In this document: piece after piece, positions 1-10,198 of the stretch
How the letters are laid out: each line of letters starts with the position of its first letter
Numbering within the stretch: the stretch's first letter is position 1
From: an uncultured Christensenella sp.
GTDB lineage: Bacteria > Bacillota > Clostridia > Christensenellales > UBA1242
Assembly (NCBI GenBank): GCA_964434265.1
Contig: CAYSUK010000006.1
Location: 11,398-75,397 of the forward strand
DNA: 64,000 bases
Direction: 5' to 3'
The notes under the pieces: generated by a model
What the model saw: only the letters and a program-made list of their open reading frames with translations
Database searches by the model: none
What the model was told of the DNA's origin: nothing
Made by a program: the position numbers and the translations under genes

Positions 1-1
1 T

Positions 2-160
2 GGTGGAAGTTATGGTGTGAGTGAGTCTCTTAGGCAAAAATGCGACGACAAACTGAGCTTTTCAGCATTTACTTTTCCGCACCAACTAATGCGAGTTGTG
101 CTTCTCGAACAAATCTATCGTGCGACAACAATACAAAACAATATTACATATCATAAGTGA
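2..160 (+). CDS. rlmH: 23S rRNA pseudouridine-1915 N3-methyltransferase RlmH, 3' end only (5' truncated by window)
   Basis: Frame 2 translates to GGSYGVSESLRQKCDDKLSFSAFTFPHQLMRVVLLEQIYRATTIQNNITYHK*, the characteristic RlmH C-terminus (GGxxG...LSxSxxTFPHQLxRxxLxEQIYRA...YH). Not in the ORF track. Confidence 0.95.
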   Translation, partial: GGSYGVSESLRQKCDDKLSFSAFTFPHQLMRVVLLEQIYRATTIQNNITYHK

Positions 161-166
161 GTCTAT

Positions 167-613
167 ATGGAATATATGAAAGAAGCTTTGCGACAAGCAA
201 ACAAGGCATACAAAAATGGAGATATACCCGTAGGTGTTGTTATTGTGAAAAACGGAGAAATAATAGCACGTGCTTATAACAAAAAGAACAAAAACAAAAA
301 TCCACTCCAACATGCGGAAATGATTGCCATAGACAAAGCATGCAAAAAGGTTGGCGACTTTAGGCTTGAAGGCTGTGAGATGTGTGTCACAAAAGAGCCT
401 TGCATAATGTGTTTTGGAGCCATACTTAGTGCCAGAATAGACAAAGTGTACTATGGTGCAAGCGACCTAAAATATAGCATTGTTGAAAAAGCAGATACTA
501 TATCTTTTAACCACAAATGCGAGTGGATAGGCGGTGTTATGGAAAAGGAATGCAGTCACTTATTAAGTAAATTTTTTAAAGAACTGAGGGATAGCCATGC
601 AAGTCGAAGTTGA
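167..613 (+). CDS. tadA: tRNA adenosine-34 deaminase / nucleoside deaminase
   Basis: HAE and EPCxMC zinc motifs, N-terminal IPVGVVIV, C-terminal CSHLLSKFFKELR. Confidence 0.9.
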   Translation: MEYMKEALRQANKAYKNGDIPVGVVIVKNGEIIARAYNKKNKNKNPLQHAEMIAIDKACKKVGDFRLEGCEMCVTKEPCIMCFGAILSARIDKVYYGASDLKYSIVEKADTISFNHKCEWIGGVMEKECSHLLSKFFKELRDSHASRS

Positions 614-1412
614 GAAACAATCGCTCAAAATTAAAATTAAACCTAATATTTTTGTATTTGTACTTCAAGGTAAAAAAGACTATGAAATACTTGGCTGTAA
701 ATGCAGTCAGTGGACAATAGATGCCATAAATGATTATAACTATGCACTTGTCGAGTATGACAATAGTGACTTATTTGATTTTGCTAAAAAGCATACAATT
801 AACACTGATTATGTTGTATTATTGTCAGCAAGTATGCCGTTATTGACAAAAAATGTATTTAACCACCTTGTAGAGTATTGTGTATTTAAGGGCATAAAAG
901 CGTGCAAATTTTGGGGTGGTGCGGTATATGATGTCGGCTATTTAAAATCGACCAAAACTGTTTTTTACGATAGTGTATACTCGCAAAATGAAGACCAATT
1001 TTACATAGTTGAGAATATATCACAACGAAATTATGTGACAGAAATACTAAAAAATCGAATACTTGATTTTCATATAAAAAATGGTGTCGATATAAAAAAC
1101 ACAAAAAATGTTGTAATTGAAAAATATGTAGATATAAAAAGTGGAGTTGTGATTGAGAGCGGAAACGTATTAAAGGGAAATACATATATTGAAAAAAATG
1201 TTATTCTTAAAGAAAACAATACTTTGACTGATTGTGTTGTGGGAGAAAATACTTGCATTGCTCATAGCGTTGTTGAAAAATCGACAATAGGAAGAGATTG
1301 TATCATAATGCCATATTCGAGTGTGACTGACTCTGTGCTTGGCAATAATGTAATAGTTACTGGCAATGTGTCGCTTGACAAACGCAAGATTCGCGATAAT
1401 CGCAAAATATAA
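597..1412 (+). CDS. Degenerate GlmU-like protein (eroded nucleotidyltransferase-like N-terminus plus short hexapeptide left-handed beta-helix)
   Basis: HIKNGVDI...VVIE..VDI..GVVI..GNVLKGNT.I resembles the start of the GlmU beta-helix; lies upstream of pth as glmU usually does. Only 271 aa and no LAAGxGTRM motif. Confidence 0.6.
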   Translation: MQVEVEKQSLKIKIKPNIFVFVLQGKKDYEILGCKCSQWTIDAINDYNYALVEYDNSDLFDFAKKHTINTDYVVLLSASMPLLTKNVFNHLVEYCVFKGIKACKFWGGAVYDVGYLKSTKTVFYDSVYSQNEDQFYIVENISQRNYVTEILKNRILDFHIKNGVDIKNTKNVVIEKYVDIKSGVVIESGNVLKGNTYIEKNVILKENNTLTDCVVGENTCIAHSVVEKSTIGRDCIIMPYSSVTDSVLGNNVIVTGNVSLDKRKIRDNRKI

Positions 1413-1427
1413 TACAAGGAGATAAAA

Positions 1428-1991
1428 ATGCTAGCAATAATAGGACTTGGAAATCCAGATGCTGTATATCAAAATACTTATCATAATACCGGTTTTAATG
1501 TAGTAGATGAGTTTGCAAAAGTGCACAATATCAAATTTACAAAAACCAAGTATAGCGGAATGTATGGGGAAGGAAATATTAATGGTGAAAAAGTTATGCT
1601 GTTAAAGCCAATTACATACATGAATGCTAGTGGACGAGCTGTTAGAGAACTTGTCAATGGTTTAAAAATGTCTTTAGACCGCATAATTATTGTGTATGAT
1701 GACATCGACTTGCAAGTTGGAATGCTTAGACTTAGAGCAAATGGCAGTGCTGGCACACATAATGGCATGCGTGATATAGTCGCAAGTCTTGGCAGTGACA
1801 AGTTTGCTCGCCTTAGAGTTGGTATTGGCCGAAACGAGCACATGGGACTTGCAGATTTTGTACTTAGCAAAATCAATTCAAAAGATATGGAGATATTTAA
1901 AAATTCAAGTTATCCACAAGCGGTAAAGGTGCTTGACGAATGGATTAAAAAAGACTGTGATGTGGAAAAAATAGACATAACAAGGCTATAA
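1428..1991 (+). CDS. pth: Peptidyl-tRNA hydrolase
   Basis: IIGLGNP, TYHNTGF, KPITYMNASG, YDDIDL, GSAGTHNG, RLRVGIG motifs; AAGGAG RBS. Confidence 0.97.
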   Translation: MLAIIGLGNPDAVYQNTYHNTGFNVVDEFAKVHNIKFTKTKYSGMYGEGNINGEKVMLLKPITYMNASGRAVRELVNGLKMSLDRIIIVYDDIDLQVGMLRLRANGSAGTHNGMRDIVASLGSDKFARLRVGIGRNEHMGLADFVLSKINSKDMEIFKNSSYPQAVKVLDEWIKKDCDVEKIDITRL

Positions 1992-1992
1992 T

Positions 1993-4900
1993 ATGATAGA
2001 AGATATATGTAAAGAGAGTGGGCTTCTAAACACTCTTTTCAATTCAATAAATAAAGGTGAAAAAGTCAGTGTGTTTGGCTGTGGCCTTGGCGAAAAACTA
2101 AACATTGCATTAGGTTGCAATGCTTTTATTTTGTATGTCGCAAATAGCGATAGGCAAGGTGAAGTTGTTGAAAAATTTAAGGGTGCAAATCTAAGATGTG
2201 AGACTTTGTCATACATGCCTAGCCTTAGCAATACTTTTAACAATAATGCACTTATAAGTACGTTGTACAAACTAATTGATAATCAACTTGATGTGTTGGT
2301 TGTTGACCCAATCATGCTCCAAGCATATTTACCAAATGTCGAATATTTAAAAAGTAGTAAATATGTGCTTTCTGCCGGGGACAACATTAGTCTCGATGCA
2401 GTCGTTGAAAAAATCATATCCCTTGGCTTTGAACGGGTGGATTTAGTAGAAAACGAATACACCTATAGTGTTAAAGGTGATACAATTGATGTAAAAATTG
2501 ATGGTGAATATTATCGCATAATGTGGGACTGGGATAAGATTGAAAAGATAAAACAATGTGACAGTGTCAGTCTAATTCCAATTAAAGAACTTGAAAATTT
2601 GCAAATCAAAAACAATAATCTATTTAAAATTGATTTTGAAAAACTAAATGCATTTTACGCAAAAACAAAAAACTCAAAGATAAAACAATATATAGATGAA
2701 AATAGACATAAATGTCAAAATTCATGGTGGTTTTTGCCTTTTGGTAGTGACAAATTGTCAAAAATATATGACTTTTTGCCAGAAAGTGTACTTATGTTTG
2801 ATGATGTGAAGTCAAACTATGAAACATTTAAATCTGATTGTGATATATATAATCAAGAGATAAAGTCATCAATAAAAAATGGTGATATGGCGGATATCCA
2901 CAAAGAATATCTTTTCGAAGACAGTATCGAATTTCCTAGTTGTTTGCCGATTGTGGGATTTCAAAGCATAACAAATGCAAACAAACTTTTTAGACCAAAT
3001 AAGGTGTTTAGCTTTAGGTGCATGCCGTCGATATCGTATCGTGGCAAGTGGGACGTGCTCGCTCTAGATCTTAGCACAAGACCATCAAACTCGACACAAA
3101 TTTTGTATGTTAAATCAAATGAAAATGCCAATCAAATTTCGCAAGTATTGGATAAAAAACACGTATCACATAATATTATTCAAAGCCTTTCAAAATGCCA
3201 AACAGGCATAAACTTGCTTCCGCGAGTTGGTGGCATATCATGTGCATTTGTTGATGAAAATATCTATGTATATAGTAGTGATGATTTGTGTGGAGTAGTC
3301 AAAAAATCAATTGATAAAAACTTTGTTTCTTTTGATATGACGCTTCCAGAGAAAAACGACATAGTGGTGCACAATATATATGGTGTTGGCCGTTGTCTTG
3401 GTGTAGAGTGTCTAAAACTTTCTTCGTCAAGTCGTGACTATGTGATAATTGAGTATAAAAACAACGACAAATTGTATTTGCCAGTAGAAAATATAAACCA
3501 AATAAGTAAATATATTGGTGGCGACAAGCACCCTGCACTAAACAAACTTGGCTCAAATGACTTTATAAAGACAAAGGAAAAAGTCAAAGCCAAAATAAAG
3601 GAAATGGCATTTTCGCTTGTTGAATTGTATAAGGCAAGACTCGATGCAAAAGGTTTTGTTTATCCGAAAGAGACCGAACTCATGTCAGCATTTGCTGAGT
3701 CGTTTGGATTTACGGAAACTGCAGACCAAGTAAAAGCGTTGCAAGATATTTATGACGATATGGAAAGTGGTCGTGTTATGGATAGGCTTGTTTGTGGAGA
3801 TGTCGGCTTTGGCAAAACTGAAGTTGCTATGCGTGCGGCATTCAAAACAGTCGCTGCGGGCAAACAAGTTGCGTTTATGTGCCCGACAACAATACTATCC
3901 GAACAACACTATAATACACTTTTGTCGCGTATGAAAGATTTTGGCATTAATATTGAAGTGTTGAATAGATTTAAGACAAAAACTGAGTGTGACAAAATAT
4001 ATCAAAAAGTCAAAGACGGCACAGTTGATATTGTTGTGGGGACTCACAAATTATTAAATAAAAATCTGGTGTATAAAAATCTTGGACTACTTATCCTTGA
4101 TGAAGAACAAAAATTTGGTGTAGAAGCAAAGGAAACAATAAAAGAACTTAGAAAAAATGTTAATGTATTGACGCTCAGTGCGACTCCTATTCCACGTACA
4201 CTTAATATGGCATTGTCGGGCATCAGAGATATTTCGGTCATCGAAACTCCACCTATTTCACGTATTCCTACACAAGTTCAGGTGTGTGAATATAGCGATT
4301 TGATATTAAAAAATGCCATTTTACGCGAACTTGATCGTGGTGGACAAGTCCTTGTTGTGTACAATAAAGTCGAAACAATATACGAATGGGTGGGCAGAAT
4401 TAAAAACATGATTGGTTCAGATGTTAGCATTGATGTTGCTCATGGCCAAATGGAAGAGAAAAAACTCGAAAATGCAATCATGAAACTATACAATGGTGAA
4501 ACACAAATTTTGGTCAGTACAACACTCATTGAAAATGGAGTCGATTTGCCAAATGCAAATACGCTTATTGTGCTTAATTCGGACGAACTTGGACTGTCGC
4601 AGTTGTACCAACTAAAAGGTCGTATTGGTCGAAGTGACCGCCAAGCATATGCTTATTTTACTTACAACAAAGACATTCTAAATGAGACGGCATATAAGCG
4701 GCTTGAAGCCATAAGCCAGTTTACTGCAATGGGGAGTGGTTTTAAGATAGCACTTAGAGACTTGGAAATCCGCGGTGCTGGCAATGTGCTTGGAGTCGAA
4801 CAGCACGGACACATGCAAAAGGTTGGTTATGCTATGTATATCCAACTTCTAAACGAAGCTGTCGGCGAACTCAAAGGCAACACGACTACTCATACTCACG

Positions 4901-5325
4901 AAGTGCGAGTAGAGACTTCGCTAAATGCTTTTGTTCCGCACGACTATATCCCAAATTATGGTGCACGTATGTCGGCGTATATGAAGATAAGTAAAATATC
5001 AGACTTGGACGGATATATAGGTTTGTATCACCAATTTGAAGATGCTTTTGGTGATGTTCCAGTCGAACTTAAAAATCTGCTCAAAATATCCCTTATCAAA
5101 AACTTGGCACAGAAAATGGGTGCAACAAAAGTTGTTGTCAAATCGCATGAATGCAAGGTGTTCTTTGAGAAATTAGATGATGTTAAGGCGTATATGGAAC
5201 ACGTAAACGATACGTCTGATGTAGTATTAGAAGTCGAAAGTGTGCCCATAATAGTCATTAAGGGGGATATAAATCAAAATATTTTGGACAAATCTCAAAA
5301 CTTTTTATCAATATGTACAACATAG
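1993..5325 (+). CDS. mfd: Transcription-repair coupling factor
   Basis: RID (VVHNIYGVGR), MDRLVCGDVGFGKTEVAMRA, DEEQKFGV, SATPIPRTL, QLKGRIGRS, RDLEIRGAGNVLG; follows pth. The N-terminal UvrB-like part is divergent. Confidence 0.97.
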   Translation: MIEDICKESGLLNTLFNSINKGEKVSVFGCGLGEKLNIALGCNAFILYVANSDRQGEVVEKFKGANLRCETLSYMPSLSNTFNNNALISTLYKLIDNQLDVLVVDPIMLQAYLPNVEYLKSSKYVLSAGDNISLDAVVEKIISLGFERVDLVENEYTYSVKGDTIDVKIDGEYYRIMWDWDKIEKIKQCDSVSLIPIKELENLQIKNNNLFKIDFEKLNAFYAKTKNSKIKQYIDENRHKCQNSWWFLPFGSDKLSKIYDFLPESVLMFDDVKSNYETFKSDCDIYNQEIKSSIKNGDMADIHKEYLFEDSIEFPSCLPIVGFQSITNANKLFRPNKVFSFRCMPSISYRGKWDVLALDLSTRPSNSTQILYVKSNENANQISQVLDKKHVSHNIIQSLSKCQTGINLLPRVGGISCAFVDENIYVYSSDDLCGVVKKSIDKNFVSFDMTLPEKNDIVVHNIYGVGRCLGVECLKLSSSSRDYVIIEYKNNDKLYLPVENINQISKYIGGDKHPALNKLGSNDFIKTKEKVKAKIKEMAFSLVELYKARLDAKGFVYPKETELMSAFAESFGFTETADQVKALQDIYDDMESGRVMDRLVCGDVGFGKTEVAMRAAFKTVAAGKQVAFMCPTTILSEQHYNTLLSRMKDFGINIEVLNRFKTKTECDKIYQKVKDGTVDIVVGTHKLLNKNLVYKNLGLLILDEEQKFGVEAKETIKELRKNVNVLTLSATPIPRTLNMALSGIRDISVIETPPISRIPTQVQVCEYSDLILKNAILRELDRGGQVLVVYNKVETIYEWVGRIKNMIGSDVSIDVAHGQMEEKKLENAIMKLYNGETQILVSTTLIENGVDLPNANTLIVLNSDELGLSQLYQLKGRIGRSDRQAYAYFTYNKDILNETAYKRLEAISQFTAMGSGFKIALRDLEIRGAGNVLGVEQHGHMQKVGYAMYIQLLNEAVGELKGNTTTHTHEVRVETSLNAFVPHDYIPNYGARMSAYMKISKISDLDGYIGLYHQFEDAFGDVPVELKNLLKISLIKNLAQKMGATKVVVKSHECKVFFEKLDDVKAYMEHVNDTSDVVLEVESVPIIVIKGDINQNILDKSQNFLSICTT

Positions 5326-5338
5326 TGCGAGATATTTC

Positions 5339-5367
5339 TTGCCTAAAAAGTTATTTTCTTATATAAT
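5339..5367 (+). promoter_or_regulatory. Putative sigma-A promoter for the PrsA-like gene
   Basis: TTGCCT (5339-5344), 17 bp spacer, TATAAT (5362-5367). Confidence 0.6.
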
Positions 5368-5403
5368 AAACAAGACTTAATATTTACTATGGGAGATTAT
5401 TGC

Positions 5404-7110
5404 GTGAAAAAGATTTTTACAATTTTATGTGCACTTGTTTTGAGTGTGACCATGTTTGCGGGTTGTAATTTGACTACACTAAACAAGTCGAAGTATTATA
5501 AAACAGTTGTTGTCACGGTTGATGGCGGTGAAGAACATAAAGAATATAATAAGGAGTACAATCGCGAAGACTTATTAAATGCATTCTACAACTATTCGTA
5601 TTCAAATGTAAGTAGTGGAAGTGTTAGTGCCGAAGATGGTCTTGATACAGCTATCGAATCGATGGTAAGTCGCGACTTACTCATAAACTTCATCAAATCC
5701 GAATATTTTGACACTGGCATTCTTACACTAACTGATGAAGATATCAAAAATATCCGTTATGAAGCATTTGAGTATATGCAAGACCAAATTTTCTCTTACG
5801 AAAACGAAGTTAGAGAAGAACGCGATTTGGTTTTGTCGAGTGGAACTGAAGACGATTCGACAGCAAGTGATGAAAGTTCGTCACTTAGAGATGAGTACAA
5901 CGAATACTCTTCGTCACTTGAAGCGATATATGATGGCGACAATGTAATAGGTTTTAAAAATGCAACCTTAAAAGAAGGGTCAAATGTTAAATTTGACGTA
6001 CCAGAAAAATTTGAAGACTTTATAAAAATTACTGATGAAGAGATATCGGCTGAAGCATATGCAAGATATGTTGCGTCCTTACAAAAATCGGCAAAGAGTC
6101 TTGGCAAAAGCACTAAAGAAAGCGATGTAATAAATGCAGAAGTAGATAGACTTATCAAAACACTTACTGAAAACAAATATATTACACTTTATCAAGAATG
6201 GTTTAACACAAATCAAAAATTTGAGACTACTGCAAGTGGCGAAATGTTAAAGGATAGTGTAGTAGAACAAGTCCTTACAGAATTTAAGAAACAATACGAA
6301 AACCAAAAGAAACTCTATGAAAAGAGTGAGTCAGCATATCACACAGCAATGGCTGGCGACGATATATCAGGAATATACTATCACCCTGACTATGGTCAAG
6401 GAACAGAATACATGTATGTTTCTCATATATTGATACAATTTAGCGATGCTAAAAAGACAGAAGTATCAAATCTTAAGTCTGAACTTGAAAATGGCACAAT
6501 AACTCAAAGTTATTATGACAGAAAAATGGAAGAACTTATCGAACGTACACCAGTCACATATGAAGAAAATGGTGTAGCCAAAACTAGCAATGCGGCTAAT
6601 GTATATCAAAAAGTATTAAACTATGTAAATTCAAATGCAAGCGATGATGATAATGTACGTCGTGCTGAGTTGTTTAATGACATGATATATATGTTTAATG
6701 ATGACACAGGCATTATGAACCAAGACTTTGCTTATGTTGTGAATCTAGACGAAAATGTAACTGACAAAATGGTAAAAGAATTTGCTGATGCTTGTCGTGA
6801 ACTTGATAAAACAGAAGGTGAAGGCGGTATAACAAAAGTTGTGAGCGAGTACGGAATACACATTATATTCCATGCTGGCCACGTAACTTCGGTAAATGAG
6901 AGCATACTTAACAACGAACAATTGTTGTTAAATGCACTAGTAAGCCATAAGACCCAACTTAGCAGCAACAAAACTCTATTTGATGTAATCTATGATAGTA
7001 TTAGCACTGCAAGTGTAGATAGTCGTTCGAATGATATTGTCGAGCAAGCAAAAGGTTATGTTAAAGTAACAATTTACACCAAGAAAGCAAAAAGTATAAT
7101 ATCAGGCTAA
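5404..7110 (+). CDS. Large PrsA-like lipoprotein foldase (parvulin PPIase domain)
   Basis: Likely GTG start at 5404 after GGAG (ORF track starts at 5389). Lipobox MFAG-C. Parvulin-like motifs YVSHILI, MVKEFADAC, VVSEYGIHII. Sits after mfd, as prsA does in Clostridia. Confidence 0.75.
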   Translation: MKKIFTILCALVLSVTMFAGCNLTTLNKSKYYKTVVVTVDGGEEHKEYNKEYNREDLLNAFYNYSYSNVSSGSVSAEDGLDTAIESMVSRDLLINFIKSEYFDTGILTLTDEDIKNIRYEAFEYMQDQIFSYENEVREERDLVLSSGTEDDSTASDESSSLRDEYNEYSSSLEAIYDGDNVIGFKNATLKEGSNVKFDVPEKFEDFIKITDEEISAEAYARYVASLQKSAKSLGKSTKESDVINAEVDRLIKTLTENKYITLYQEWFNTNQKFETTASGEMLKDSVVEQVLTEFKKQYENQKKLYEKSESAYHTAMAGDDISGIYYHPDYGQGTEYMYVSHILIQFSDAKKTEVSNLKSELENGTITQSYYDRKMEELIERTPVTYEENGVAKTSNAANVYQKVLNYVNSNASDDDNVRRAELFNDMIYMFNDDTGIMNQDFAYVVNLDENVTDKMVKEFADACRELDKTEGEGGITKVVSEYGIHIIFHAGHVTSVNESILNNEQLLLNALVSHKTQLSSNKTLFDVIYDSISTASVDSRSNDIVEQAKGYVKVTIYTKKAKSIISG

Positions 7111-7114
7111 TTTT

Positions 7115-7140
7115 AAAATGCCCCGTTGGGGCATTTTTTT
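7115..7140 (+). terminator. Rho-independent terminator
   Basis: AAAATGCCCC-GTT-GGGGCATTTT followed by a T run. Confidence 0.9.
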
Positions 7141-7267
7141 GTATTCAAATTAGATATTGTAGCATAACCAATAGTATATAGTTGGATATATAAAGGCGTG
7201 TTTTGGATAAGTACTTTATTTATTATGATATAATAAATAAAAAAAGGAAAATATCGTGTTTTTTATT

Positions 7268-7296
7268 TTGACACAATTCACAAATAGTGATATATT
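7268..7296 (+). promoter_or_regulatory. Putative sigma-A promoter
   Basis: TTGACA, 17 bp spacer, TATATT with an extended -10 TG. Confidence 0.6.
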
Positions 7297-7311
7297 TTTA
7301 TTGAGGTTTTT

Positions 7312-8625
7312 ATGGCTAAGAAAAATAATGACCAAAATTTAATAAAAGACCCCAAACTTGTAGAGAATGTCGAAAAGACTGATAATGACCGTGAGTTTGC
7401 TGACAGCGAATTTGTAGTATATAAAGATTCGTATGAAGAACAAAATGTGTCAAAACAAGAAAAAGAATTAAGCGAAAAAATACTTGTAGATTCGACCGAA
7501 AAGGTTTTGGAAAATCGTACAAGTAAGAGCAAGATCATAAATATTTGTTTTTTCGTGGTAAGTATTTTTATTCTTGTTGGGACGCTAATCTATCAGCGAA
7601 ACAAATATGGTGTATCCGACATTACTAGTTTGACAGGGGTAAAATATAGATATATATTTTATATATTGCTTGTTTTTGCACTTGTAATGTTGTTTGACTC
7701 GCTTCGCACTCATGTACTTATATTTAAGGCGACCAAATTACATCGACCATTTTTGAGTTATAAGTCGACAGCGATTTGTAGATATTATGACTGCATAACA
7801 CCATTTTCATTTGGTGGCCAACCTTTCCAAATTTTTTACCTAAATAGTAGGGGTGTGAAAGCAGGTATTGCATCAAGTGTTCCACTTGCTAAGTATATGT
7901 TTTCACAAATATCGTTCTGTATTATATCACTAGTTATGCTTATAGTGGGTATAACAAAGTATAATGAGAGTGTGCAAGTTGTAGTTACATGGTCTATCAT
8001 TTCACTTTGTATTTCTATATTCTTCCTAGCACTTATAGTATTTTTATCAATGAGCAAACGTGTAGCACCCCGCATAACAATGTGGTTTATAAAAGTCTTG
8101 CACAAACTTAAAATTGTTAAAAATCCAAAACTTACTTTTACAAAAATAATTCGACAATTGACCGAATATCGCAGAAGTATTATATATTATTTGAAGAGTT
8201 TTTGGACGACAGTATTTACTTTTGCATTATCAATACTCATTATTTTACTAAAAGCAACAATCCCATACCTTATTTATTGTTTCTTGGTTCCTGACCCAAA
8301 TGTATCATTTACACTTATATTTATTAAATTCTTACTATGTGAATTGGCTTCGACCTATATCCCATTACCGGGTGGAAGTGGAATGGCGGAGATTTCGTTT
8401 AGTTCGCTCTTTGCTTCATTGTTCTTAGATAGTAGTGGTAGTTTGTTTTGGGCTTTGCTAATATATCGTATAGCAACATATTATTTGTATATAATCCAAG
8501 GCTTTGGCATAATTGTATACGACTTAGTATATGGCGATAAAAAGAATAAGAAATTTGTAGAAACAAAACTTATTGATATGCAACTTAAAGCTAATAAAAA
8601 ATACAACCATAAAATAACAAAATAA
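7312..8625 (+). CDS. Lysylphosphatidylglycerol-synthase-TM / flippase-like integral membrane protein
   Basis: About 8 hydrophobic segments; family motifs YYDCITPFSFGGQPFQ, IPLPGGSGMAE, LIYRIATYY; acidic N-terminal extension. Confidence 0.85.
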   Translation: MAKKNNDQNLIKDPKLVENVEKTDNDREFADSEFVVYKDSYEEQNVSKQEKELSEKILVDSTEKVLENRTSKSKIINICFFVVSIFILVGTLIYQRNKYGVSDITSLTGVKYRYIFYILLVFALVMLFDSLRTHVLIFKATKLHRPFLSYKSTAICRYYDCITPFSFGGQPFQIFYLNSRGVKAGIASSVPLAKYMFSQISFCIISLVMLIVGITKYNESVQVVVTWSIISLCISIFFLALIVFLSMSKRVAPRITMWFIKVLHKLKIVKNPKLTFTKIIRQLTEYRRSIIYYLKSFWTTVFTFALSILIILLKATIPYLIYCFLVPDPNVSFTLIFIKFLLCELASTYIPLPGGSGMAEISFSSLFASLFLDSSGSLFWALLIYRIATYYLYIIQGFGIIVYDLVYGDKKNKKFVETKLIDMQLKANKKYNHKITK

Positions 8626-8652
8626 GACAAGAACCGTACTTGTCTTATTTTT
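8619..8652 (+). terminator. Rho-independent terminator
   Basis: AAAATAAGACAAG-AACCGTA-CTTGTCTTATTTT overlapping the stop codon. Confidence 0.8.
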
Positions 8653-8794
8653 GTTTATTAAATTCATTTTATTGATATAATGTCATTTATTTTATATTTT
8701 TAGACAAATACTATATACTTTTTGACAGAAAGTGTGTAGTATTTGTTTTTTGTTGTTTGTGTATAAGTTGTAAGTCTAGTGTCTATAATATGAT

Positions 8795-9169
8795 ATGAAA
8801 AAACTTGTTGCGATAATATTTGTTGTGTTTGTAATTGGAGTACTTTTTTACTCGAGAGATTTTGATTGGGTAGATACAAACAAAAAATATGTATATGAAA
8901 CTGATAATGGCCTAATGGTCTCCAGTGTTGATAAAGGTGATTTTGAATGCTGTTACTTTACTATTGATAGTGGTGAGTATGGTGATTTTGTAGATTATTT
9001 TGATATACAAATTGTCGAAGATTATTATATCGATGATTTACATGTAATTAATGCATATAGTAAGTTTTTTGACAAAAAAATACAACTATTTGACAAAAAG
9101 TATAATATACAAATACTTTTAGGCGAAGAAATAACCGTCGGTTATCCGCAATTGTATTTGGGTTTTTGA
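8795..9169 (+). CDS. Small exported or membrane-anchored protein, YwmB-like
   Basis: N-terminal hydrophobic segment. The C-terminus NAYS...NIQILL..ITVGYP resembles YwmB, and the position near spoIIQ/spoIIID fits. Confidence 0.5.
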   Translation: MKKLVAIIFVVFVIGVLFYSRDFDWVDTNKKYVYETDNGLMVSSVDKGDFECCYFTIDSGEYGDFVDYFDIQIVEDYYIDDLHVINAYSKFFDKKIQLFDKKYNIQILLGEEITVGYPQLYLGF

Positions 9170-9239
9170 AAAAGTTTTGAAATGCTAGTATAAAGTGTTG
9201 TTTGAGTGTCAATCATTATGCAATCAAGGAGGAAAATAT

Positions 9240-9821
9240 ATGTCAAAAAAAGAAAGATTTGTAAGTTGGATGAAAGAATATGGGTACTTAACATTATTGA
9301 TTGTGGGTTTTGTGACACTTCTTTTGGTTGTGACTATCGCATCAATTTCGAAAGACAATAAAGTAAAAAATAATCCAGTTGAAGATGTAAACACAGAGCC
9401 AATCTCTTTTGGGCTTCCAGTGCTTGATGCGACAATCTACAAGGGATATAGTGGAACACGTCTCCAATGGAATGCTACTCTAAAACAATATGAAGCTCAT
9501 AAAGCAATTGATTTTGTTTCAAGTGATAGTAGCAATGTGTTGGCGGTGCTAGATGGAACTGTAAGTAAAGTCTATTCAAATTATCTTGACGGAACTGTCA
9601 TTGAGATAAGCCATGCAAATAATTTGAAAAGCATTTACGCATCTCTTGATGACACTGTAAATATTAAAGTGGGTGATAGTGTGAAGAAGGGTGATATATT
9701 GGGGACTATAAGTGCTAGCGCAAAAGCCGAACTTGACGGCGGAGCTCATTTGCATTTCGAATTATTGGAAAATGACAAACGTATTGATCCTACTGCATAT
9801 TTAAACTTACAATCAAAATGA
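9240..9821 (+). CDS. spoIIQ: M23/LytM peptidase with N-terminal TM helix, SpoIIQ-like
   Basis: Likely ATG at 9240 after AAGGAGG (ORF track 9195). HKAID (HxxxD), YASL, HLHFE, IDPTAYL motifs; spoIIID nearby. Confidence 0.75.
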   Translation: MSKKERFVSWMKEYGYLTLLIVGFVTLLLVVTIASISKDNKVKNNPVEDVNTEPISFGLPVLDATIYKGYSGTRLQWNATLKQYEAHKAIDFVSSDSSNVLAVLDGTVSKVYSNYLDGTVIEISHANNLKSIYASLDDTVNIKVGDSVKKGDILGTISASAKAELDGGAHLHFELLENDKRIDPTAYLNLQSK

Positions 9822-9825
9822 CATG

Positions 9826-9859
9826 GCGAGTGACTACGTAAGTGGTCATTTGCTTTTTT
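9826..9859 (+). terminator. Rho-independent terminator
   Basis: GCGAGTGACTAC-GTAA-GTGGTCATTTGC (with G-U pairs) plus T6. Confidence 0.75.
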
Positions 9860-9903
9860 AATGTGCAATATTGAGCAAATTTTTGTAAAGTCTTCTATTT
9901 TGC

Positions 9904-9932
9904 TTTACACATTAAAAAAACTTGTTTATAAT
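9904..9932 (+). promoter_or_regulatory. Putative sigma-A promoter for acpP
   Basis: TTTACA, 17 bp spacer, TATAAT. Confidence 0.65.
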
Positions 9933-9961
9933 AAAGGCATAAAAATATTGCGGAGGCAGAT

Positions 9962-10192
9962 ATGTTTGAAAAAGTAAAAGACTTGCTCGCAAAACAACTT
10001 AACATAAAAGGCGACAAGATTGCAAAAGAAAGCAAAATTCTAGAAGATTTGGGAGCTGATTCACTAGATGTGGTCGAACTTCTTATGACCCTTGAAGACG
10101 AATTTGGCATTACTGTTACTGACGAAGAAGCTGTTACTTTAAAATCAGTAAACGACATCGTTTCACTTATTGAAAAGAAAACTCAAAAATAA
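9962..10192 (+). CDS. acpP: Acyl carrier protein
   Basis: 76 aa acidic protein with DLGADSLDVVEL phosphopantetheine site; GGAGG RBS. Confidence 0.96.
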   Translation: MFEKVKDLLAKQLNIKGDKIAKESKILEDLGADSLDVVELLMTLEDEFGITVTDEEAVTLKSVNDIVSLIEKKTQK

Positions 10193-10198
10193 TTTTTT

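Noticed and set aside
9188-9218. Sigma-F promoter for spoIIQ (GTATA-15 bp-GTCAATCATT)
   Set aside because: The -35 and spacing fit, but the -10 match is weak; not enough to call.
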